DNA of 64,000 nucleotides from Tubiluchus corallicola (lineage: Eukaryota > Animalia > Priapulida): positions 372,001 through 436,000 of the forward strand of contig JAQGDQ010000144.1 in assembly GCA_030141605.1 (NCBI GenBank), written 5' to 3'. Position 1 is the first letter of the stretch, and each line of letters begins with the position of its first letter. The position numbers and the translations under genes were made by a program. This document shows positions 1 through 13,808 of this stretch, piece after piece. The notes under the pieces were generated by a model, which was not told where the DNA came from, ran no database searches, and saw only the letters and a list, made by a program, of their open reading frames with translations.

Positions 1-3000
1 AGCCCGCACTTTTTCAGTGTCTCCTTTCTCCAACTCATTACCCGTAATTGCTAATAATTGGTAAAATAAACCGCAATGGTTTAATAGTCATAATTAATTA
101 ATGATATTGTTAGTTGCCAGCTAATTTGGGAAAGTGTTCAAGATTTCTTTAGTAAAGAGTATCTATTGCACATTGGCAATCACGTTTTGCTACGACTTTA
201 GTTTTTATGTTCAGTTTTTAAATTTCGTATCGTGAAAAATAGTTGTAAAATGTGCTTAATTATTGTGCTTAACATTGATGACTGCAATAGCTCCAGTTTA
301 TAATGGCCTTCGACTAGCCATTCCATTCATTAATTTAGTAACAGCCAGGTAAATAACTATGTTCTGTTCGTTACAGTGCATGTTTATAAAAGCATAATTC
401 AAGTTGCTAGATTTTGCAATGAATGTTGTCGCTTATGCTACTGAAGATGTTAGTTTGTCTGAGACGTGTCGTATGTGCTTGGGTTGATATTTAGGGGTCT
501 GTATCAAAGACTTGGTATCAGTCTAGTTCGAATACATGTAGTAATATTTTGCTTTGTGAATACCAAATTAAGTTCGTGTGGCGCTGTAAATGAATATCGC
601 TGCACGTCAGTGCTCGTGAAAAAATCAAAAAGCGTTGGCCTAATTAGGTCGTCGGTCGGCTTCCATTGCTTCATCTGATACAATGTTCATAACGCATAAC
701 GCATGTATGTATATATATGCGTTATTAGTATAGTACAAGATGCTGTAATGGATATTACATGTCACAGTTAATTTTTATATATGAATAGGCCTACGTTATT
801 ATTTGTCATTTTCATACTTATCCTTTGACGAAAAACGATAACTTAATCCATCAATTGGTGTTGCAAGTTTTTTTTAAATGCTGGTTACGTTTCAGTCATT
901 TTGTTGTAAACTTCGTTCCGATAATTACACTACCTATATACTATTTATATGTCGCAGAACGAGAGAAAGTAGTTATTCAGTTCAATTCAGTTTGGGCTTA
1001 TTAGCCTACACATCATGCTCTGGTAATACAAATGTGATTACTGTTTTAAAACGCACTCAGACAAATTAGTGTGTACTTTTCCTTGAAAAAAATGTACTGT
1101 GATGAGCGTCTCCATAAATTACGCTGAGATAGTTAACGATATTCCGAGGGACAAGACATTAAAATTTATTGTTTGCTCGAATTCTATTCTATGTTTGCGC
1201 TTGTGACTAATGGACTGAATATATGAGTGTGAACTTCCAAGTGTTTGAAATATGTATTTAGCTGTCTGTACCAACACGTAGGTATTCAAACTTACTGCTT
1301 TTTTCTTGCATTATAATTCCTATTGTTACGTAGTTTCACGCCAGACTAATTTCCATAATAAAGATCAGCTGGTATTACAGTTTTATCTGTTCAAGGCTAC
1401 CTTAAAACAAACCTGCCTTCCAAACATTCTTTCAAAACCCGAGGAAATTCGCAACGTAAAGCGGATTAGATCTATTTACTTAGCAGTGTGGATGTCAACC
1501 CGACACAATAAGCTAAACACTTTACTAGGCTAAAACCCTCTGTAATGATTTTAATCGTTGAAATCCCATTGTTTGCTGCTCAGTACAGCTCTATCAACTC
1601 ATCAATGGCTTACCCTTAAAGAAACTAACGCTGGCTAAGGTTGTTCTGTTACCCCTTTTATGGGTGTTATGTCGAGCGTAAACGAGGTATTAACAGATTA
1701 ATATAATAAGTAATATTATATTAGCCTGTTAATACATTAGTATATATTAATAATATACTAGAACAATTTTTCGATATTTTTAAGTACCGTTGCGAGAAAA
1801 ATTATTCTAGTTGGTAGAAATTCAATTCGTTCGAAGCTGCGACCGAGCAATGAAGCAAAAACGGCAACGAAGAAAAAGTGTTACATATTATTTTCGTTTT
1901 GCTCTGTTTTATTTTTAAACATGGTTTTTTGCTTTGTGCACTTAGGCGAAATGCAACAAGTCTAAATTATAGTACTAAAGTCCAATTTACTAAAAAATCA
2001 CAAGTCTAACTAGACACAAGCCAAAGGTTTGAATTTTCACTGGACAAACGTGCAAATACTTTCACAACATTTTTTGTCTAACGTTTCAGAACTTCAAAAG
2101 ATGACGATTTATGTTTTCCCTTTGCAAACATGTCTATAACTTTGCTAGCACGTTGAGGAGCATGTACTTAACAAGTGCAAAAAGACTTGTGAGCTTTAGT
2201 GAATTAACATTGATAGCAGGCATTATTATAATTTTACAATTATTAAAAATTGAAAACAATTCATCGTACAAGAAACACTTTAATTGCAGCCAGTGAAGAG
2301 AGGTACGTATGCAACTGGAGGCAGTACATAAGCAATTTATGAATATTGAAATCTTAAATTTTGAAATTTAAAACTGAATTATTTGCCCTGAAAATAATCA
2401 GCTTTTGCACTGAAAATGTACAATTCATTTGCCTTGGGAGGGCAAACGCCCCCTCCCTCCCCCCTCGTATGCCTGCGTTTGTGCGGATGTCCTCAATCAC
2501 CTCGATGTTTCCAACAAGTTGTTATTACCTTGTGTAACCACCAAATGAAGGGTGGCTCGAATATAAGTCTGACAGATTTTCTGACTGCTTGAGCTCTTGT
2601 TGCTCATCGACCAATGATAATTTCCATAGTAGATTATTACGTGCGCGTTACTTAGTGTTATCATATTTCTAACAATTCGTTTGCTACAAATTTAATTATT
2701 ATTTCAAGTATTTAAAGCTAAATGTTAAGCGCAACTCATTTTTCTTTTCAAGTATTCCCGCAGTTAACTAATTAACATTAGTAAGGATAGGACAGATTAG
2801 CAACTACAGTGTCATTTTTGCGAGGGGAGAGTTAGTCAGTGCTTAGAGATTGAAGCTAAGCAACAGCAAGCCTGATCGGTTAATGGATGAGTTACAACGG
2901 GTCCGATGCTCATTCTAAACACTTTTGTTTGTCATCTTGATTCTGGTTGTTTAACATTAGAATCATAGCCTTGATAATGAGTTAGATACCGGTCTCACTA

Positions 3001-5805
3001 CAACAATCAACATTGAGCAGGTCCTGCCGTTACAAGCAGAAGTCTGGAATGGTATAAAAAATATATCAAATATTTCACGAGTTTGAAAATTAAGTCTTCA
3101 GAAATTGACTTGCATAAAAAATCGGGTAAGATTAGATTATTTTACTACTGACCAAACCTTCACTATCAAGCTTTCAAAACAGTCTGAATTCTCGATTTAT
3201 GACTATTTACTCAACTTCGCTGACTTTTTTGAAAATTAATTTGTTTACCCTCGTGTTGCGTTTTTTACATCGAGTTCTGTTTAATTTTTAGGTGTAGTGT
3301 GCGTATAATTGTTGCATGTTGAATAAATTGCACTGGAATGTTCTGTAGTCTTTAAGCTAAATCTGTTTTGCTGCTATTTGCTGTTTGGATTATAGAAAAA
3401 TACGTGTAGAGTTAAAGCAGTTTGTGACTTAAGAAACATTATTGGTTTGCATCCTTAGTATAGCTGAAACTGACACCAGCTTCCACTTTACCAGATCTGT
3501 AGCATTTTATATCGCAAAATAATTGGATTGACAATTGGACTTCATTCGGTAGGATCTACACAGACAAATTTGGCTTTACACTCGTTTAATTTGTACTGCA
3601 GTTTTCAGCTAATTTATACGCAAGTCATTTAGGACCATTAAATACAAAAGGTTATGTACCTCTAACTTTTGGTGAAGCATTCTTTCAAAAGTTACAGACA
3701 GGTATAGGGTTTTTGTGCGGAATTCCAGTCTGGTAATTGTTTGTTATATTGATTGAGGTATCAGCTATTTAAAGCGTACATCCTGCATGCTTAATTATAA
3801 TTAGGGCATTTATAATAATATGTGCTATGGAACTGAGGCGAAAGGGGGGTTGAGGAAAGCGTTTTAAACAACGGAAACAAGCAGTAATATCAGTCTTTTA
3901 CGTGCCATCCATGTTCACTATCCAGTTAACGTCGGTCACTATTTGGCAAGTTCGTTTTTTACTGGTGTCTGAAGATATAATCAAATTAACATCTAATAAT
4001 ATGTGTACGTATACATTCAGATGGACTAAGCCTATGACTGCATAACATTTGTTAGCACTGTATGGTGAATTTATGGTGATCGGTATTAAAGTCACAACAA
4101 AAAAAATCACAGAAGTCACCAGAAAAAATCACAATTTTGGCTAGAAAAGATAATGAAAGTATAACTTAGATTACAAGAAAGAACACTAATTCACAGCACC
4201 ACTAGATTTTTTTCGAAAATCCTGTGCTGGATGAACGCTGACTAAACGTGTTTTATTAAATACCCATTCTAGGCTGATGCTCCCTAATGTACATAAACAA
4301 GTTAGTTCAGTACCCTAGTTTAATGTGATTTTGATATGGTGGGTACGTGTACTCATTCGTAGGCTGTTCAAAAATATATACATCATAATATAATCTAGCA
4401 TTTCCTTTCGGGCGATATCAACGTTTTTTCTAATTTTTCACTTTGCTGTTATAATCGCTTTCAAAAGCATGGTGCATTTGTATGTTTTTGAAAGAGAAAC
4501 TCGCTTCTAAACTACGGGTTTGTCGGTCTGAAGGTTGTCTCTTTATTTAAGAGCAAGTCAAATATTATTTGTCTATGTTTGCTGACTTATCAACGCTATG
4601 TTTTGTGTTCATTCTAGTTTAAACGTACGGTATTTTACGTGTTCCGTTCCAAAGTCGCAATACCGTATGTTTTTGGCCCCAGTGAATGTTTGTTCAGGAC
4701 CCACCAGGTGCTTGCTGCCGTCTCTAAAGTGAGTTAGTTTATTGTTCGATGTAAAGAAAAAGCTTGGAACGAGTTTTAAGCTGGTATAATGCTTTGTGCC
4801 GTCTAAGCGATCACATCAGATCACAATTCCTGGTGTAAGAAGTGCCAGACTTTTGCGCTGCATTATATATAGCCTGCATATATAATAGTTCATCAGTATT
4901 AACTTTGGAGAAGTAGGGTCTACGCGTGGGTAGGTGTTCTAGTGTTGTGCTTTAATTTCCGACAAAAGACATGTAAAAAAGGTGTTATTACATTTACAAA
5001 ATGAGGTTTCCTGCTTTTAAAACTAGTCGGCTTTGTCAAATTCAGTTTCAAGTACAAGCCGACAGTGGATTCAAGACTATGAAGTTTTTTACGATAATTT
5101 TTAACAGCATTAGAGTGTTTTTCAATTTGAGTTTCTCAGTAATGTATGTCAAGTGTAACAGCAGTTATGCTAGTGTAGATAGTGTAGATGTAAAAAGTGA
5201 AAGAACCTCAACCTGGCTATAACTCAGCGGTTTTATTTTCGCTTATGTAAAGTGTAATCATTATACAGAATTATTCCAAAGCACAAAAACACTGTAATAC
5301 AGTGACTTAAGTTTGCATCATACTTGTGTAGTCTGTACCTTGGCTGCTGTTGTTGTTGTTGCTGCTGTTGCTCCTGCTATTTTTTTTTGTCTGAAAAGGT
5401 TACATTTTCCATTATACAAAGTGATAACCGCCTTCTTCAAGAATAAGATCAGGTCGGGTCTATTAGCTAATACTAATTCATTTATAACAGATTTTGCAAA
5501 AATAAAAAGTCAGATACTTTCACGTTTGAAAGGTTATTACACCTGCATGCCCAAAATCTTTAATGACAAAAAGGTTCATTATTCACTTATGTCACAATAA
5601 AAGTAATTGGGGCGCATTACTTCTTACTTCTTTGTGGTGTAGTGAAAGTCTTCTGCTGTAGAATCAACAAGCACTTTTCAGATTTTCTCATTAGCAACTT
5701 ATTTTCAGTTTCAGGTGGGTGAATAGAAGCAGAAACAGTGTGACTATACACAAACAAATACATCTCAGGCGTATGTTTGCCAAGTAAGCATTGTCATTGT
5801 TATAG

Positions 5806-6077
5806 GAACACTTGTGCAGAGCATTAAAAGAAGAACTCAACAAAAGTTTGTAGATATACAAGAAAGGAATTTACAAAGAGAAATGGAAGTCACAGCAATC
5901 GAGTCTTGGACTGACATCAAACCGTTCAGAATACCTCGCCCAAAATTCCATTTGTCGCCTGTGCCAAATACAGGAACAAACGACATCAAAAAACCTGCTT
6001 CAGAAATAGTGGCGCCATCACCTGAAGAAAAAGAAAACAAGTCACAACTTACCGACCAAAAAGACGCAAAGGGGTGA
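5806..6077 (+). CDS. Probable terminal coding exon of an unidentified gene (TLVQSIKRRTQQKFVDIQERNLQREMEV...DQKDAKG*)
   Basis: Acceptor ttgttatag ends at 5805. The frame is open for ~90 codons with protein-like composition, stops at TGA 6075-6077, and AATAAA follows at 6321. Upstream exons (candidates 4618-4728, 5709-5770) could not be joined convincingly. Confidence 0.45.
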
Positions 6078-8674
6078 AGAAAAATTCATCATCACTATCA
6101 CCACTAACTATTGTCATTGTACAGGCAGTGTAGTGTAGTTATTGTTACGCATATTGCAGTAGTTTGCTTTGTTTACACGTTCTGTGTCTTTTATTTTACT
6201 TTGATGGAGTTACAAGTTATAACTTATATTAAATAATATGTATAATTTATATGGAGTTATAACTTTTGCTTGATTTTGAGCCAAGTTAGGTTACAGATGT
6301 GATACGGTGTACATGACTTGAATAAAGGTCTTGAGAGTACATTTTCTGTTCTTTATAAAACCATTATTTTTGTAAAAAAATGTTTAAATATTTTAAGATT
6401 TTAACAAGTTCACAGAAAATGCTTTTTGCTTTAGAAATATTAGTCCCCGAAGAGCAGTAACACTATTCCAATTAATGTTTATCAAATAAGCAGTTTTAGA
6501 TTATGTGATATACTAATGACAGAAATGCAGTATTTATAAAAGTTCTTTTACCTGTGCAATTAAACCCTTGGAAACTTTGAAGACTGACCAGAGAAGTAGT
6601 TTTCTAGTCAATCACTTTCAGAACAGAAAACCTGCTCGCATTATTGTTCAAGTACTGCTGAATAATTACACCAATATGCGGTTTTAGGTATTAAACTATA
6701 TCTGGTGTGGCACATGATGTTACATTAATGTCATCTACGTTATAATAAAATTATTATTCATGTAAACTAATATTCATGCTGTACACTTTGGACACATATT
6801 GTGTATTTGTTTCAGCTTTTATCCAAATGCAGCTGCACTGATACTTGGTGCTATAGGATCATGACAAGAATAGAATATAATCATTCCATGCTATATGGGT
6901 GTATTATCTATTAGTCCATAAAATTTAACAATGTTTGGTGAAAATTTGAACACTAACGGGACCAGAAATTTTAATAAAATTAAATGTTCTGTATCTAAAT
7001 TGTGCAACTATGTAGAATTAACCTTTGTAACTATTCACAGGCTTAATTCTTGCTTGTTGTACGTTACTCTGAGAAAATAATGTGTCTGTTTTGCGCATCT
7101 ATATTTCAACATGTTTATTATTTTCTTTATCATTATATTATGGACAGCCTAATTTGAAAAAAGCTATCCTTAGGCACACACAGTAATTATTTTGTTGCTC
7201 GTTTGTATCTTATTATTCTTCTCACTTCATCATTTAATGTTGTTTTTTTCTGTAACCAATTCACATAATTCGTAACTAATGAATAAACTGAAAAAAATAA
7301 ATGGAATAAATTGGGCAGCAGGACGAAGCTCATGCTGAAAAAATGTTAATTTTTGTTTAAGTTTCATGTTACATTCGTGCACGAATCGATTATTTTGAAC
7401 ATTTGAATTAGCCGTGTCTAATGGATTCATTTTTCTCTGCTATCCCCCCCCCCCTCATTCAGCTACACCACAAACACTGGTGTTTCTCATCAGACATTTA
7501 TTTAGCTATTTATTAAGGACGAGTCACCTTAAAAGCCTACTGTTTTTCTCACTCTAAAAGTTTTATTTATGACGTGATGCATTTGTATAGAAATTTGCAT
7601 ATTAATATAACGCACATGTACGCAAATACCTGAGCTGAATATTAAACATCTACTGTGACCTGTAGCATTAGATTCGTAATGTTAAACATGACCTCGCAAC
7701 GCCTTTTCATTGCATAATTTAAAAAATAACAGCAGATTGAATCCGTTATTTTACATTCTTGGTCTGCCTGTGTGGCCCACCATAAATTTCGGTTTGTTAG
7801 CTTGTCCCATATGATGTTTAATTAGTTCCGTTGTCACGTAAAAAAGGGGGGGGTTAAAAACCGGATTATAAGACTTCTGAAGGATTGCACTGTCTCTATG
7901 GTACGCCAAATAAAGCACTAGACAGCTGACATAGAAACTGAGTAAATTATTAAATCCTCAATAGTCTATTCCGAAAACCCTAACTAAAGATCCTAATTGA
8001 TTCACTGCCAGAACACGATTACACGACCAAGTTTTACAATAATTACAACCAAATAATTAAAGGTACGAAGCACGTATTTGGAAGGTACTTTTGGACCAGA
8101 ACGGTATGCGACCTAAGGTACACCTACTCAACTTTCATTTTAATTTAGCCAACTAACACTATGATATAGCGCTAACCAGTTACAAGTATAACTTGTGTAA
8201 GTTACGGTGAAACCTGTTCAATTCAAACTTGAAATTCAGAAATTGAAATACATTATTGAGCATACTTACATAAAGAAAATTGACCCAAATTTCACACTAT
8301 AATTTATCCCAACATAAAACTTTTTAGTCATTCTGCCTCATTAGTATTGCTGATAATACATATAAAATGTTTACATAACTCTGTGTACAATAATATGTAC
8401 ATATTATTGTGCAGATATAGTTGTGTAGATATAGTTCAACAACACAAGTAAAATTATCTAGTACTTTCTTTACTTTTGCCCTCTCCTCCCATTTTTTGTA
8501 TATTCTATTTTAAACTGGATGCTGAATTGATCATTTGATTTATTTGCTAGTGTGTGTCATAAAAAACATATTTAAGCTGGTAATAATAAATTAGAATTTT
8601 TTTATTTTTTGGCTTAAGTCCAGCTGCTTAATTAGCATCCTACTTTGCACACAACTTTTAATTTACTATATTTC

Positions 8675-8757
8675 AGGGTTAAAAAACATTTGTCTCAAAT
8701 GAGATTTGAACCTATGCCGTATGCATCCTAGACGGCTATGCTAACCACTACACAATA
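8675..8757 (-). mobile_element. tRNA-derived SINE head (degenerate)
   Basis: Minus strand reads tgtgtagtggttagcat (A-box-like) ... ggttcaaatc (B-box). It shares sequence with a second copy at 59893-59975. No intact cloverleaf. Confidence 0.55.
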
Positions 8758-9134
8758 GACAATCTTTCATTTTTTATGTCTCAGTGTATGCAACTAATAG
8801 CTAATTAAGCTTCCGTTGTTGCCAAACTCTACGCTGGAAATGGAACTTTTAAAACTAACTTAAAGAGAGAGCGCGATGACCAGAGATGTACCATGTTAAA
8901 CCTACATACAAGCAAGTGACATTGATTTAGAAAACATTTCTTTCTTTGATTAACTTTCAATAAATAGATCCTAAGGTTAAAATTCATTGAGTAACAACGA
9001 GCTCTATTGGTCAGAGGGACAAACAAACACGCAAAAACACAAACAAATAAACATACACACAACAGACATACAAACACTCCTAACAAACTCGTGAAGTGTT
9101 CTGACGTTCTCTGATGTTTAATTTGCTTTTGCAG

Positions 9135-11336
9135 AGTACTGATGTGGATGAAGCTTCACTATTATCCCCAGATTCACGACGTCGTTGTATGACCAACCAG
9201 TCTGCCAAATTTACCAGACCTACTAGTGTATGTACAGACAATCTGTATTTATAACGTACCTTGTAAGCAAATGAATGACCGCGTATGTATGTACTGTTTA
9301 CATCATCAATAGTACACGTCAACTGCACAGACACATATTCAAATTTCTTCATAAATTTATTGCAACGCTAAAGCAAATGCCTGAAGATCAATTATTGTAC
9401 GTGAAATCAAGTATGTAGATAGGCCTGACACCAAGATAAGTTTTCTGAAGACGAGTGAATTTATATGAAACCATGTTAATTTACAGAAATTTTGAAAGAT
9501 AAATTTGAAAATAATTTGAACAATTCACAACAATGTCATGCAGGATGTTTCGATTTCAAAACTAATGTAATATACTATACCTTAAAGTATATGAACCTCA
9601 TTATTTTTTAGATATTAACTAATTTAAGATTGCAAATTTAAGCAACAACAACCTGAAAATGCTTTAATCTACTCGAAAAGAAGCTAATCTGACTGCAGAC
9701 TATTGAATCTATGAGCCACTTTCAAACATGCTACTGTTTAAAGATGTATGCATCTATGTGAGCCATTTGTAAAGCCAAGTTCAGCTGTGTGAAGACGCGT
9801 GAATCGATGTGAACCATTTGCGAAGCCAAGTTAAGCTTCTTGAAAATGAAAATATGTATATCTATACGAATCATTTGTGAAACCAGGTTAAGCTTTTCGA
9901 AGATATGTGAATCCGTGTGAGCCATTTGTGAAACCAAGGTGAACTTCTTGAAAATGTGTGAATCCATGTGAGCCACTTATAAAGCTTAGTTAAGTTGTTT
10001 GTAGATGTATGAATGTATGAGTCATTTAGATGTAGAATCTATGAAACTAAATTGACGACACTGTGAATGGATGTGAGTCTTATATATGTGAAGCTGAGCA
10101 GTTTAAAGATGGGTGAACCAACTAGGTGAAGACAAGTTTTTCAGTGAAACCACACGTGAAATCGAGTTTGTTTTACAATGTGCACCAAGATCTGCTACGA
10201 AACCAATTAAAAATGCTGGTTGACGCATGAACTGACAGAAAATACGAAATTTATAAGGACTTTCTGAGTGCGGTTGCATATTCATGACCTCATTACTTAC
10301 CAAAATAGGTCTAATTACTATGAACTTATTTTGTAGATTCCTGGTTTGGATTCAAACCTGAAGTTTGAATGCATAATAGTGCCAAAATCTCGACCATCAC
10401 TGGGCATTGCCATAGAGGGCGGTGCAAACACTCGTCAACCTTTACCTCGTATCATAAACATTCAAGTAAGTGTGGAACAGGCAGGCCCGGATTATGACCT
10501 TTTGGGGCCCCTGGGCTAATGAAATTATGGGGCCTCCTCAGACAGAGCCATGCCCTAATTTGCTCACACTTGTCTCAAATATTTTTTACTTGTGATATAT
10601 TTTCAGCAACATTTGCATGGCTGCGAACTCATATTTCAAATAAAGTGTTTCATGGAAGGGCCCTTATCTCAAATAAAAGGCCTCAAACAGGAATCATTTC
10701 TCTCGAATGACTTTAAAATAGGATTTTCAGACTTTCTACCCTCCTTTTTCAAAGTTTAAATTTTATTTTAAGTTATGTAAATTCTTCAGCAATGCAAAGT
10801 ATGGGGCCTGAGGGGCCCAACGTCGCAGCCTATATTAGCCTGTAGGGCAATCCAGGCCTGCGAACATGGCAAACAAATTGAGCAGTGGCAACTACGGCAA
10901 CATTCGTAGTAATTAGATTAAAAAGTAAAAGCTGTCAGAGAAATGCTGACACTGACTGGCTGACTAAGTGAACATTAATGACTGGCTGACAGTTTAACAG
11001 ACTAGCTGAATGGCTGGTTGTTTGAATGAATGGCAGCCTAAGTGACTTGATTTACTGTTAGATTTCAATATGGTCCGCAAGGTTCTTTAATATTTCCTTC
11101 GTGTTATAATCGTAATCATTGACTAAGGCTTGATCTCGTTCATTTAGAAAGGTGGTTGTGCGTGTGAATGCAAGAAGCTGAAAGTTGGGCACGTGATCCT
11201 AGCGATAGATGGGAAGCCAATGCAAGGTTTGAGCCACAAGGAGGCAGCACAGGCGATAGCTGCCGCATTCCGAAATCCTGACCAAGATAATTTGGAGCTA
11301 TTCATAACTGAAACACCAGCAAAGAAGAGTTGTTAA
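9135..11336 (+). CDS. WHRN: Whirlin-like PDZ protein, 3' exons (C-terminal PDZ3-type domain); 5' end unresolved
   Basis: Phase-0 GT-AG exons 9135-9227, 10337-10465, 11148-11336 translate to ...PSLGIAIEGGANTRQPLPRIINIQ|KGGCACECKKLKVGHVILAIDGKPMQGLSHKEAAQAIAAAFRNPDQDNLELFITE...*. This closely matches whirlin PDZ3 as I recall it (LGIAIEGGANTRQPLPRIVTIQRGGSAHNCGQLKVGHVIL). Confidence 0.82.
9700..10100. repeat. Degenerate minisatellite, ~51-bp unit, ~7 copies
   Basis: Recurring gaagatgtgtgaatc(c/t)atgtgagccatttgtgaa(a/g)ccaagttaagc; the minus-strand translation shows 17-aa periodicity. Lies in an intron of the whirlin-like gene. Confidence 0.8.
10482..10860. mobile_element. Non-autonomous hAT-type MITE (379 bp)
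   Basis: TIRs caggcccggatt / aatccaggcctg (11/12). Degenerate 8-bp TSD ggaacagg / cgaacatg (6/8). Subterminal ggggccc motifs. Confidence 0.75.
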
Positions 11337-13808
11337 TAGCCAAGCCTGTAGGCAGGGGATAGGTTTGTAAATGTTGTAATGCAGGTTTTAGCTCGGGTGA
11401 TAAATTGTACAGACAAAGATTACTCTAAATCTCATAAATGTAAATCTTGTTGTATAATATGAGTAATTTAAAAGATATTACGTGCAGTTATGGTGCATAC
11501 TTGTTTCATTGGTATTATTTCTCACATTCTAAGGTGCACTTTGGAAACTCACTCAGTATAAAGCATGAGTCACAGTCAATATACATGATAATGTCACATA
11601 AAGGTCCATCATATGTTTTTAAAATAAGTATCTTACTCACTAACTCTCTTTTATGTAAATTTTACCCCATCAGAAAAAACATGTAGTATTTGGAGCTAGC
11701 GAATGGTGTTATTCATAAACTTAATTTTTATAATCTTAATTTGCAAAATTTTGTGGCAAAGTATACAGTGCTATTAACAAGTTTATTAAGAAGAATCTTG
11801 TTAATATGTAGACTACAACATAAAATTTAAACAGCCAAGAAAAATTTATCATCAAGACCAGCAACTACTACACAGAATGAAAAAACGTAAAGTAGGCCGG
11901 AGCATAATTTTCATATTTCTGAATATCAGAAACAGGGAAATTATACTTAGTAAAAAAATTGATATAAGAAATGAGCTGCAGCAGTGTATGCAGGAACTAA
12001 TTATGTGTGGGAAAAGATGTAACGACTTTTAAAGAAATAAAATAACTTCTTGCAGTTTTGTAGGAAGTCTCTCAACTCTCAAACTGTTACTTGATGTTAT
12101 TGTAATACTACTATGTTTTTATGATTTTTTAATAATAGGATTGTGAAGCTCATCAAAATAAATGACAAACTTTGATTAGTAAATGGCAATAAATAATTAA
12201 TATTTAGTTCGATTTGAAAGATGTACGGAAGTGTGTATAACAACTACGTTATTGTAATTGCATTATAATTGCAACGTAATTATTAAAAATCAACTCAGTA
12301 TTGATAACTTTTGCATATTTCAGTCAAATAATAATTCTATTATCAGAATTATTCTGAATCTGACTGACGATGTAAACTATTAAAAACTTTAAACGTTGTG
12401 TTCAACCTCTTTTATCGCCTTTACAAATTTGCCTTATTGAGTGATGTGCATTGATGCATTGATGGTAGGTTATTAATAATATTACGTTAGCAATAAGAGT
12501 TTTTACTTGCTTAGTAATAGTAGACTAGATTTACACAAGTTTGAAGTGTTTATGTAAATGTGATCGTTTAACTTCTTATACACTATTTTTAAAAACAGTC
12601 ATTAGGTTAAGCTAGACAGGTTACATATAGTTTGTAATTACAGTTTTAAGTTCCATGTATAACTGCATCTAATAGAAGCACTAATGAATGGTGATTGTAG
12701 CTTCATCTGCTGATAGTAGGCATGTAAGGTGTTTGCAAAAAGTCACTGTTGGTTTTCTTGTTGGATTTATTTGTTTTAAAATATGCAGTTAATTGTTATT
12801 ATTAATTATTATTATGATGATCATTGAAATAAAAAGAGACACGGTTCAAAAATACAGACGGATAAATTTGCTGATTCTGTTTAAAGACTGGATGTATTCA
12901 TTTACTTTGTTACAAAAATTGCATTAAAGCATGATGTAACAATCAAGTTACACCACACAATCATGGAAAATTTTATTAAAAAGATTGCAACGGCAAGATT
13001 TCTTGACCAGTGTTAATCTATGTCACAACTGTTTTACAACCACCAGGTTGAAATCAAATGTTATTGGAATCGACAAATGACAGTAAATGGAGAATGGAAG
13101 AATACACTTAGATGAGTATAAACACAAAAAATATAAAAGTTTAAGAAGACAAGAAATTGTTGACTGAAAAGAAGATGTGCAGGAGAAGTTTGAATAAAAC
13201 TAAGAAGGAGAAAAAAGAAATAAATGGAGAGAAGACAGGAGGTCATAGCGAGAAGATTCAGAGAAGAACAAGAACTGATGAACAGGAAACAGGCAGAGAA
13301 AACAAAATGGAAGAAAAGTGAAAAGTGGACAAGTAGAGCAAAGATACGGAAAAGACGTAAAAAATCTATAAACATGGTTAATAGGAAACGGATTAAAATT
13401 TAAAAAATGGTGAACAGGCAGTAGATGGTGATAAACTGGAAAAATAAGTATGAGTGATTTAATAGCCTTGTAAAATCTTACAAATGTGTTACATTAGGTT
13501 CAGTTTATTAAACATAAAATAAAATATTTTGATTTGTTTATATTAGATATATAGCAAAAATTATTGTTTTTAGCAATAACAATAACAATTTTAAGCTCGT
13601 CAAACATGCATCATTTATGCACTGAATAACATCATTCACAAAACACAATAAATTATCAACTAAATAAACTAATTTTTCTCTTGATTAAGATGGAAGTTTA
13701 AAAAATATTTACAATTTGGTTATGTGTACTGAGCAATTTACAGACTGTCCAGTAAAAGCTCTATACTTGATAATTCCTCAATGGTAGTTTTACAAGATTT
13801 AGTTTAAA

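Noticed and set aside
2852-2896. Functional 5S rRNA gene
   Set aside because: Only a ~45-nt degenerate internal segment matches; the 5' and 3' helices are absent.
8692-8757. Functional tRNA gene
   Set aside because: A/B boxes are present but the stems are not intact, and a diverged second copy shares non-tRNA flank, indicating a SINE.
9700-10100. CRISPR-like regularly spaced repeats
   Set aside because: Whole units are homologous, with no unique spacers and no cas genes; the context is a eukaryotic intron.
13061-13450. 104-aa hydrophobic ORF (-) / Lys-Arg-rich frame (+)
   Set aside because: Purine-rich low-complexity DNA with stops in the + frames and no splice support.
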